Below, piece by piece: positions 51,531-62,464 of a stretch of DNA of 64,000 nucleotides. The notes beneath the pieces are model-generated. The model saw only the letters and a program-made list of their open reading frames with translations. It did not search any database and had not been told where the DNA came from. Position numbers and translations under genes: made by a program. Source of the stretch: Azolla caroliniana (Eukaryota > Plantae > Polypodiophyta); assembly GCA_043228905.1 (NCBI GenBank), contig JBHGNT010000010.1, positions 13,640,001 to 13,704,000 on the forward strand, read 5' to 3'. The stretch's first letter is position 1. Every line of letters starts with the position of its first letter.

Positions 51531-52644
51531 TTGTCTTTCGATTGTACTTGAACTTTAGTTGTTAGTGATGTCTGAAATTGAACTATTTGGATACCAAAAT
51601 ACTGTTTCAATTGCCAATGTAAAAAATCCAGTTCATGAATCTGAAATAGTTATACCAGTGTGAAATCAAGTTCATGTTTAAGGATTGCTTCTATATTTTG
51701 CTCATCAACATATATCAAAAACAATGGGAATATACTTTTTGATCTAAGTATTCTTATTTTACAACGTTTTGTTTCTTTTTTGAGATCATCTCCTAATCCT
51801 CGCAAAGTCTTTCAGTCTATTGTAGATAAAATGCTTGAAAGTCTTCTTAGCTTGCTAGGAAAATTTAGGTTTTTAGGTGTTGATGATGAGAAACAGAAAA
51901 TATCGGGTATCGGGTGTTATTGAAGATATCCTGAAGTATAGACTGTTTCATCAATCCCATTTGGACGGTAACCAGAATGTGTGCAAATTGTTGAAGCAAT
52001 GTGGGCCATATTTTGATGATATCATCCCAAAGGATGAATCATCCACTAACAGTAGTAAGGAAACACTTACCTTTTTGAGCTATCACAAATTATTGTTTCA
52101 GAAGTTGGATTATTTTGTTAAGGAAAGGAAGGTTTGTACTTTAAAATCCATAGCCTGGATATTCAGGACTTATATACAAGAAGTAAAAACTCAGATGGCT
52201 TCACAGGACATATCATGAAACAAAAAAGGATTCTGAGAGAATAATTTTCATTGTTGTCTTCACAGAATTCATCGCCCCCTTTGAAAAATGAACTTACAGT
52301 AGAAAATCTTACAATATTAAAGTCTTTAATGAATTCAACTAACAATCTTCTCTTGGTAGCAAAAGAAGAGCAGATTTATGTGCCAACAGAGGACACACCA
52401 ACTCTGCAAAACTCCTATGCTCAAATAACATCAGGAAACATGAGCAATATCGGCAATGAAGAAATCCAAGTCCTGTTGATAACAACTAATATATTATGAA
52501 AGATAAGTACAAGTGGTTGAGAGGCATAAACCCTTTGGAAGAAAGACGAAATATATCAATTCATTTGTCAATCATCAAAATTAATAGTGAACTCCAAGTG
52601 GATGTTTTTCAGTTTTCTAGTACAATGTATTGATAGGGTGACTT

Positions 52645-55600
52645 TCAAGCATTAAATAGAGAGACCTCCCCTAATATGTGCTCATGAACCTCTTGGGGGA
52701 CCTTGTAGACAGTGTTGTATCCCTTAACCTTGTGCTTTGCTTGAGTCATATTGAATTTGATCGCAAGAATGGCATCAGCGTAGATTATTGCGATGGGTGC
52801 TTCTTTTAGTAATGCATATGTGTTCTTGCACTGCGGCAACTTTGCATAATAGTTTCCATACACGACAGACTCACCAACGTTGAAATTGTTGCCCCAACCA
52901 TCCCTCACCACTTCTTTCAATAATGTCTTTCCTTGCTTGCACACCACAATGTAGTAGTCTTCTAAATCTTCATTCTGAGAATATTTGAGCACTGCAAAAT
53001 GATCTCCAACTTCCAATAAAACTGCCAAGTCTTGATTTTGGTTGTAGTATACAATATCGTTTGAATGCACATCCTCTTCAATATCATCTTGTAGTTCAGG
53101 CTCAAGCTTCTGCAGCTTCCAGGGCTCCACGATTGATAGGTTGATGCATTTATCCCAAGCTTCATCTAGACACATGGAACAAAAGCATGATAAACTACGG
53201 AGTAACAATTGGGTTGTGTCCTTGCGGCTAAACCCTAACACACAATGGGTGCTGCGTGTGCCTTTCACGGTTTTACAACCATATGATTTAGTTCTATCGA
53301 CCTCATGAGCGCGAACTTCAACAAACAATCTGTTCTTACCATCATTTGACATCTTCCATGTTAGCCACTGCACAACATCATGTGCATTTTGTAACTTAGC
53401 GCCATTATTATCCAACTGCTCACTTGTAAGGGCACGTTTGATCACAGCCCCCGCGCCATCATGCTCTCCTTTTCCATGTCCAGACCCGAAGTAATTCCAT
53501 TGCATACGAATATTGAATAAGGAGAAATACCTACTTTGGTGAGTACAAGATGAGTACAATACTATGAGTACAACATGAGTAAATACTGATTTAGTACAAT
53601 TCTCTTAAGGACGGACAATACTATAAGTACAAGATGAGTACTTTACATCCTTTTGTAAACACAACATAGTACAAAACCAACACACAACATAGTACAATGT
53701 GTCTATGGAGAACCCTTCACCTGGATTAATCGATACTTAGTACAATTCTCTTAAGGACGGACAATACTATAAGTACAAGATGAGTACTTTACATCCTTTT
53801 GTAAACACAACATAGTACAGAACCAACACACAACATAGTACAATGTGTCTATGGAGAACCCTTCACATGGATTAAAACATAATTAGTACAATTCTCTTAA
53901 GGACGGACAATACTATAAGTACAAGATGAGTACTTTACATCCTTTTGTAAACACAACATAGTACAGAACCAACACACAACATAGTACAATGTGTATATGG
54001 AGAACCCTTCACATGGATTAAAACATAATTAGTACAATTCTCTTAAGGACGGACAATACTATAAGTACAAGATGAGTACTTTACATCCTTTTGTAAACAC
54101 AACATAGTACAGAACCAACACACAACATAGTACAATGTGTATATGGAGAACCCTTCACATGGATTAAAACATAATTAGTACAATTCTCTTAAGGACGGAC
54201 AATACTATAAGTACAAGATGAGTACTTTACATCCTTTTGTAAACACAACATAGTACAATGTGTCTATGGAGAACCCTTCACATGGATTAATCGATACTTA
54301 GTACAATTCTCTTAAGGACGGACAATACTATGAGTACAAGATGAGTACTTTACATCCTTTTGTAAACACAACATAGTACAGAACCAACACACAACATAGT
54401 ACAATGTGTCTATGGAGAACACTTCACATGGATTAAAAGTTACTTAGTACAACATAATACAAACAAAATTAGTATGCATGCATCCATTCACAAGTGCAAG
54501 ATTCGAATAGTTAGAAACATAATTAGTATGCATCGATGTGACTAGTACTGTTTGTTAATAGTTACAAACATAATTAGTATGCATCCACTAACACAAGATT
54601 TACTTCCTTAAACATTGCATGATAAGTATTAAACATATGGATTAAAAATTACCTGGCGATAAAGTAGAACGATCGTGACGCCTTAAACTGCGAGGCAGCA
54701 CCATCAGACCAAACCCAATGACGGTTAAAGGTTAACCCTAGAGAAAATAAATCTGCATGGTGAAGCTTAAAACAATGTTGAACAAATAGTGTATCATGCT
54801 TTTTATCATCTGAAATGTAAAATATTGATTTCTTATGTAACTCACCGTCTTGCCTCCAATAGCAAATATGTACAAGTATTGTACATTGATCATTGTACCA
54901 ATGCATTGATTGAACCTCATTTTGAACTTTAAATGTATAGTTTTCTGCAAAATCAATAACGGATACAATGACACCCGTTGGTAAGTTATTAATACATTCC
55001 TTGAACTGTGAATTTTGCCAATAACTCCGGAAGTTATGTGGAATAAACTCCCCAAGTTGTTTCTTAAATTCTGAGACAAGGGTAGCAGCACATGTCTCCT
55101 TATATACTTCCTTGATACGCTTAGTTACAACTCCCTTGCCAATATTTTCAGTCACATACTCCAAATATTTCCATTTCACGATATGACTATTTCCCATATC
55201 AAGCTCCTGCCTACAAAATAATGGTAGCAGACAAACCTTACATGTTCTTAATAGACATGTACGACGATGCCACTCACATGATGGTTCTTTTTCACAAACA
55301 CAAGACCTCCATAGCTCAGAAACGGATGCATAAGTCATGTTTCATGCATTACACCTATTATCCTCCCCATTTGGTCTACAAATCTCACAAGTGCAGACAC
55401 ATAATTCCCCATGTATACCCTTAGAATCAATACGCATTGCATTCACAGAAACCCTTAACATGTCCATCTTCACATGGTACACACAACAACATGTATTCCT
55501 CTCATTTAATTTTCTAACATAAAATGGATTCAAACCTTGGAACTTGCGGAATCCGACAGTCAAGCTTGGATGTTGGTCCTACATCAACCAATATATATAG

Positions 55601-56276
55601 CAAACATTAATATACACTTGGTCAAAACACAAAGTTATGGAATGTGAATTGATATAAAAAAATGGAATACCTCTGTCATCTCCAAGAAGTGTCTAGGGTG
55701 AATCTGGTACTTACCCTGACTTATTCGTTGTCTACACACGTCCTTCTTATTTGGTGAGACACGCGTATTTTTGGCCCAAAATGAATCCACTTTCTCAATA
55801 ATCTCTTGAGATAAGGCATCACATCGTCGTCTACGTCCCGACCCCAGCCACTTGAATTTGCTTGAGTGTATATTTCGGCGATGTTTCCTCAAGTTCCTTC
55901 TTTGAATACCCAGGGCTAAGGCAACTTTAGTATCACTATATTTTTTTTCTCTCGCACCATTCACAACCATGTGTAGGGTTGCCCTCTTTGCAGCAAGTTT
56001 GTCTAAGCTCTCTACACCTTTCACTAAGTCTAGGGATGACTTCATAGACTCCACAATCTCTTCTGAAACACATTGGTCCCTAAATTTTATTCTCTCCATG
56101 TCTTCATTCAAACTTTGATGGTGTAACACTCTACAAATAATATCCCTACGATCCTCTTCACTAAATCTCTTCGTTATTTCTACCAAATAACGAACTATGT
56201 GAAGAACCACTCGTCTCTTAGTCCTTTCAGATATGCATGAGTTACTTGACAACTCACTCTCGTTAGGAACCCCCAT
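52645..56276 (-). pseudogene. Spliced Sola2-type DDD transposase (~800 aa) with one premature stop
   Basis: Exons ~56276-55671, 55578-54653 and 53530-52645 with GT-AG introns in phases 0 and 2. Motifs DFAENY, QNEVQSMHW, SDDKKHD, WSDGAASQFK, HGKGEHDGAG, CFCSMC. In-frame TGA at 55342-55344. Confidence 0.88.
53591..54450. repeat. Intronic tandem array, 146-bp unit, about 6 copies
   Basis: TTAGTACAATTCTCTTAAGG starts at 53591, 53737, 53883, 54029, 54175 and 54298 (one unit is 23 bp shorter). Confidence 0.95.
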
Positions 56277-56330
56277 TCGGTCACTAGATTTATCCACAAA
56301 AATTAAGTGTCTTGCGAAAGTAGTTAATGT

Positions 56331-56915
56331 TATATAGACTCAACCAAGAAAACACAATCAAATGTTTTTAAATGTGGCCTGCAAAGTGAGAAATATTTTG
56401 TTTCAAACATTAGAATTACATATCAAATATGGCAAATGTCAATTCTAAAAATTTAGTACTGAAATATGAAGAAATGAAACATTTTAGTACTGAAAATGAA
56501 AAAAATGGATGGAAGGAACCTCCAATGGTGGAGGGAGCGTGGATATATAGACTCAACCAAGAAAACACAATCAAATGTTTTTAAATGTGGCCTGCAAAGT
56601 GAGAAATATTTTGTTTCAAACATTAGAATTACATATCAAATATGGCAAATGTCAATTCTAAAAATTTAGTACTAAAATATGAAGAAATGAAACATTTTAG
56701 TACTGAAAATAAAAAAATGGATGGAAGGAACCTCCAATGGTGGAGGGAGCGTTGGATATGCCGCCTCGATTTGGTGGAAGGAACCTCCAATGGTGGAGGG
56801 AGCGTGGATATGCAGCCTCGATTTGGTGGAAGGAACCTCCAATGGTGGAGGGAGCGTTGGATATGCCGCCTCGATTTGGTGGAAGGAACCTCCAATGCCG
56901 CCTCGATTTGGTGGA
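56331..56915. repeat. 213-bp duplication plus ~53-bp tandem repeats upstream of the transposase
   Basis: TATATAGACTCAACCAAG at 56331 and 56544. GGAAGGAACCTCCAATGGTGGAGGGAGCG repeats. Confidence 0.88.
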
Positions 56916-57465
56916 AAAAGCCCCAAATCACCACGACATCAACTGCAATCGGTGGAAGTACGAAAGTCGTTGTCAAAGAAGTGACTATTGGTTGCTACCT
57001 AAACCCTCAGAACAGTCTCTGTACCTCAACCGAAACCTAACAAAAACAGAAACCCTAAAAAAATCAGAAATCCTCAACTCAAACTCTCCAACCAGACATG
57101 GATGTCTGAGATTTAGATTGAAGGAAAATCAGAAACGTGACATGGATGTCTGTGATGAAAAGCTCAGAGAGATAGAGGAAGAACAGTATGAGGGGAATCG
57201 CCAAAACGACGTGAGGGGAAGCGCCAAAATCGACGTGAGGGGAAAATAGCCCCCAAAATGGAAGAACATCTCCTCACGTGTTCCCCCCACTCCTTCTACA
57301 GTAAATGACACTTGTACTACAGTCACCCCACTCTCCAAAATCGATTTTCTTTTTCTCTAATTTTTTTTCTGAATTATTCAGTACTAACAGTATTGAAAGT
57401 ACTGACAATTTTTGTGGCCAAAAACAGTACTTTTTTGGTACCCCGTAGCGTGCTTCGACCCATCT

Positions 57466-59065
57466 TCAAAACTTAATTCTTCAAACATATCCTGAATTTC
57501 TTCATCATCATCTATATATCCAAAACACTAAAAGTACTCGAAAGCATTTTGTATTTTATTATTATCTACTTTTAGTATAAAAGTAGCACCACTAGATGAG
57601 ATTGTACAAGGAATATCTTTATTTACATTATTATTCATGGGGTCATGTCCGGGCTATCACAGCCCCTACCTATAAAAGCCCTATCTAAAAATCCTGGGAA
57701 AATTCTTCATCTACCTCCCGAACCAGATGTTCCCTCAAGGATTCTTTATTTCTTTCATGGTTGGGCCTCACAGTTAAGAATTGGATTGTCTTCCTTCCAT
57801 CTTGACTCTTAATCCTTGCAAAAGTTGAACCATCATCAATCACCTTTGTTTCCATCCTTACTGCGGTGATGTAAGGCTGACCAAGGATGACAGGGTAGGC
57901 TGATCAATCCTGCACAAAGAAATTTTGATTCACCGACACATCACCAATTGTTACCTTCACACTGGGACATGCTCCGAATAAATCTTCCGTGGTCTCTGTG
58001 GAAACTCGTATCTTCCACCCATGATTCTTGTCGATCAGCCACTGTCCTTGAGGAGGTGTTAATCTCGGATCCATGATCGATCAAAGCAATACATGGAATT
58101 TGTTGCTCCCCAATTTTTGTAGGTGCCTCTGTTGTTGCTCGAGCCCAATGGTTCCTTGTATAGTGACTCTTATCCTTTTCATGAACCCCAACATCATTTC
58201 TGCTTTTTACAATTGCAGCGTTAAAAGTGCCACCATACAAATCTCGAAGTGTTGTTGAACACCCTCCTGTAACTTCCTCCGTCACCTGTCTCTTTCTTCT
58301 AATAATATCTATGATAACTTCATGAAATTCTTTCTTTGCTATTCCCAACACTTCTCTTAAATTAAATTCTACCTTACTATTTAATATTCATGTTTCTAGT
58401 ACCTTTTTTAAATCCCTCGATGTTTCTATGTCTAAAGCAAGCTTGAAAGATGAGCATTTCTTCCCTTTTACTCTATAAGCTTCCTTCGTCTCAGGAGCAC
58501 CATTTTCCATATCCCTTCTCTTTTGTTCTCGTGTCTCATGTTTCTTTGCCTGATCAGCCTCCTCAACTCTCTTTCGCTTCTCTTCCACTAGTACCTCTTG
58601 TGCATTCACTTGGGCGAATGCTGATAGTGTGTCTATTGGATCATTCCATCTAGTGAAGTTCAGTATTTCATCTCCTACTCCTTTTAATTCATCCACTCAA
58701 ACCTTCCCTTTTCTTGCATAATCCATCACATCTTGCCAAAAGCCAGATCCACCATATGAGTCTTCTACACACAACCCTAACGTTGTGACGGATTGCATCG
58801 CTTGAGTTGTTTCTCTCTCGGCATCTTCCATTAGCTTTTTCATTCCACCTCGCCCGAAGTTGAGTTGAAGTGGTTGTCGAGTCTCTGTTGAGTGAATCTT
58901 ACTATCTTGATAATAGATTTTATCATGATTAAGAGCATCCCTATGTTCTTGATAGTCTTTCTTCTGATGGTTGATACGGTCACACCACATACACCTTCGG
59001 ACCATTCTACCTCCTTGCCTTGATGAAGTTGAGCTTTTTCCCGATTCTAGCTTCATCACTTTGAT
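57466..59065 (-). pseudogene. gag: gag-protease remnant of G
   Basis: CMWCDRINHQKKD, HWARATTE, LIDHGSEIN, QFLTVRPNHERN. Confidence 0.85.
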
Positions 59066-61065
59066 CGAGAGTTGGTCATCTTCTTCTCCGACTCCCAGTC
59101 GGCAATGGTCTTGTCTTCCATGAAGACTATGTCCCGACTCCGGAACATCTTCTTGTCGACCAGATCCCACACCCGGTAACCGAACTCATCATCGTCGTAT
59201 CCAAGGAATATGCATGACTTGGATTTCGGATCCAGCTTTTCTCTCTTGTCCTTCGCCACATGCACGTATGTGAGACACCCGAACACCTTCAGATGCCGGT
59301 AAGACACATCTTTACCGGTCCATACTTTCTGAGCTGAGTCTCCTCCCAAGGGTGTTGAGGGTGATCTATTTATCACATAGGTCACCGTCGTCAACGCCTC
59401 AGCCCAAAACATCTTGGGTAACTTTGCATGTGCTAGCATGCTCCAGACTCTCTCCACTATGGTCCGATTCATCCTTTCGGCCAACCCGTTTAGTTCTGGC
59501 GTCTTCGACACACTAAACTCGAGCCAAATTCCCTTCGATTGGCAGTACTCCTCGAACTGCCCCCGGTATTCACCTCTGTTGTCTGCTCGAACCGTCTTCA
59601 ACTTCCGACTGGTTTCTCTTTCCACTCTCGCGTGGAGTTCCTTGAAGACGGATAGTACATGATCCTTTGTCTTCAACGGTGAGACCCACAACTTCTGACT
59701 GTGGTCATCTATGAACGTCACGAAGTACTGCGATCCAGCATGTGACCTCGTGTCCACTTGACACACATTGGTATGCACCAACTCCAGTGGTGCATTCCGT
59801 CTCATCGGTGGTTTTCACCGGAAGGAGGTTTGTTTTTGCTTGTTGGCCAAGAAATCGGTGCACTTCTCAAGTTGCACATCCTTAACCGGAATGAGGTTGT
59901 CTTCGGCAAGCCTCTTCATCCCCTTCTCACTCATGTGACACAATCTTTTATGCCACAGCTCACCGGCAGTGTCGGATGCTACATTCACTTCTTCCCGGCA
60001 TATCCGGGCATTCATCAAGTACAATGTGTTGATCTTCCGGGCCTGAGCCACTATTAGGCTCCCCTTGGTGAACTTCATGACTCCGTTCTGGATGCTACCT
60101 GTGTAGCCTTCATCATCTAGCCGACCGGTTGATATTAGGTTCAGTCGAACCTCCAGAATGTGTCGGACATCCTTCAGCAGCAACTTGCATCTGGTTGGTG
60201 TCGTCAACCACACGTCTCCTATGCCGACAATTCGGCATGTTCCTTCGTTCCCCATTGGACACAGTCGTGCTCACCCGATGTGTAGGATGAGAAGCATTTC
60301 TGGTCCGGGGTAAGGTGGAACGATGCTCAGGAATCGACAACCCACGTTGTCTCGTCGCCAGCAAGGTTCAACTCACTGTCCTCGGTGATGAGCATTAGTT
60401 CTTCTTCACTTGCCGTGATCGTCGTCGTTCCCTTCCCAGCCTCACCTATCTAATCCGTTTCGGTCCGGTGACTTCTTCAAATCGGTACTGTCAGTTCCCT
60501 TGTCTTTCCGGAAATGCCGACAGTTCTTCTAGAATTGCCCCGGCTTGCCGCAATAGAAGCAAGTGGGCCTCCCCCTTGACTTTGACCATGTCCCCGACTT
60601 TTCCCAGTTTTGGGGACTCCGATCCTTTGTCTTCCGTGTTCCGATTCGGTAAGGAGGGCTTTGCCGTCGGAGATCACCTCCTTATCTTTCTAACGCACCT
60701 CCTCATCTAGCAAGCTCAACTTGACTCTTGCTAGGGATAGTTGTTTTCCTTCCTCCCAGCTATCCGGGAGGGAATCAAGCAGGAGTAGAGCAAGTACCTC
60801 ATCGGCAAGAGGTACTTCCAATGAGGTTTCCTGATGTATCAGTCCTTGGAAGGCATTCATGTGCTCCGCCATACTGGAGCCATCTTGGTAATAAGTGTTT
60901 GCCCTAGGTCATATTTATACTAATATGCCTTTAGGACTATTTACAAATATAGCCTCCATGGGCTTACTAAAACATATTTACAAATATGTCTTCTACATCC
61001 GGTTCTCCCCGGGTCTTCTACATCTGGTTCACAAGATCCCATCCGGAGGGACCGAAATCCCAACA
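59066..61065 (-). mobile_element. Element H: truncated copia (LTR remnant 60893-61065, gag, protease, integrase)
   Basis: LWHKRLCHMSEKGM, LELVHTNVC, VRADNRGEY, NGLAERMNRT. The LTR remnant matches 38632-39221. Confidence 0.88.
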
Positions 61066-62464
61066 AAATGTGGTGGGGTAGTAGTGGTTCGTGCAGCGAA
61101 ATCACAGGGACTAAGGTTAAGGGGAGTTGAAGGAACTTTTATAAGTCTTGCGCACAAATGTTAGGAAGATTAAGGATAAGAAGAATAAGAGTTTAAAGTA
61201 ATGTGAGAGAGAGAGAGACGAGTATAGATAAAAGATAGAGACAATGTATGATTCAAGAAGTAAAATAGAGACAAAGTATGATTTAAGAAAATATATATAT
61301 GATATGAACATGATGTATATCACGAATACAAGATTTTACCAACTTTACAATGGTTGATAGCAAGATGAACTCTTTCTCTACTGACTCTTGATTCGAACCC
61401 TTGACTCCAACTTGAAAACACAAGCCTCTTCACCAACAAGCTAACTTATTTGTTTGATTATCTTATTCTCTAACTTTCTCTTGACTCCCTCCCTTACTTG
61501 ATTCCCCTCTTTTTATAGGTGCCCCCATGCATATAATGCATGTGAGGGTAAAGAAATACATGCAATGCATGAAATGCATGTGATGCATGATCGCCATTTG
61601 GTGTTCATGCATTACATGTGATGCATGATAGAAATCTCACTCATTTGAGCTTCCATGTATGAAAATAGACATTGGATAACTATAATGATGGAAATATATT
61701 CTAAAATAACTAACCTAGCTAAGTGGTGTATACCTTGTGCTTGGTATACAAGGTTGAGGGTTCAAGTCTTTCAAATAAATAGCCTAGCTTAGTGGCATAT
61801 ACATTGTATTTCATATATAAGGGTGTGGGTTCAAGTTTCTCAAATATTACTAAACACAATATTTAAGTTCATTTTTATATCGTGAAGCACATTCTTCACG
61901 ACAACGTGGATAAAGTGAGAGGGTTAAACAAGAGTGTGGTATTCCCTTCTTTACACTCTCGTTTAACCCTCACACTTTATCCACGTGTATGGAATACTAC
62001 GGTACAACCTTACCACGGGATATTATATGGTCATGTAATCATTCCATTCTTTACACTCTCGTTTAACCCTCACACTTTATCCACGTGTATAGAATACTAC
62101 GATACAATCTTAACATGGGATATTATATGGTCATGTTCGTAACAATAATTAGCAACCTCGTGTATTCAACCTAGATAGAAGGTATTTTTATGCCTCGCAT
62201 TTCTAAGACATTGTCTAAATGTAAGTGCTCTAAATTAGCCCCGAGGTTGTGGACCTTTCAAAGTCCTCAAATGCATTAGTTCATTAATCTATTGTCTCGC
62301 TCTTCTTGATGGTGTCAAAATCCATCCAAATTTTCATGTAAGTCATTTCGAAGTACTTCTTAGTTCTAACGATAATGTCGGTACAACTAAAACTCTAGTT
62401 ACTCTTGAGAATTTAGCTTCGAAACCACATGTACAAGAGAAAATCTCTATGTTAAAACAAAACG

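Larger units (their letters stand above)
45161..57461. mobile_element. Sola2-like DNA transposon, 12,301 bp, two convergent genes
   Basis: 27-bp TIR GGGTCGAAGCATGCTACGGTGTACCAA (2 mismatches), 4-bp TSD ATCT at 45157-45160 and 57462-57465, GRG...CYC termini, and transposase motifs. Confidence 0.9.
41055..61903 (-). mobile_element. Element G: degenerate gypsy element of the same clade as A and F, with four nested insertions
   Basis: LTRs 41055-41761 and 61071-61903, TSD ACGT at 41051-41054 and 61904-61907, PPT at 41762-41773, pol similar to F. Confidence 0.9.
40868..62144. mobile_element. Palindromic LTR-end element (40868-41054 plus 61908-62144; 424 bp once G is removed)
   Basis: Two forward and two reverse copies of the first ~110 bp of the TGTTACGGGC LTR family. 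TSD ATAAT at 40863-40867 and 62145-62149. Confidence 0.8.
40632..62459 (-). repeat. Possible solo LTR (40632-40867 plus 62150-62459) hosting the palindromic element
   Basis: Begins TGTAAAGAAT, like the reverse end of the solo LTR at 43950-44368, and ends AAAACA. The flanks AAAGG/AAACG match 4 of 5. Confidence 0.4.

Noticed and set aside
48480-54450. CRISPR-like arrays
   Set aside because: The units are contiguous tandem repeats with no unique spacers, there are no cas genes and the context is eukaryotic introns.
56629-57249. Overlapping ORFs upstream of the transposase
   Set aside because: They are produced by the 53-bp tandem repeat being open in several frames.
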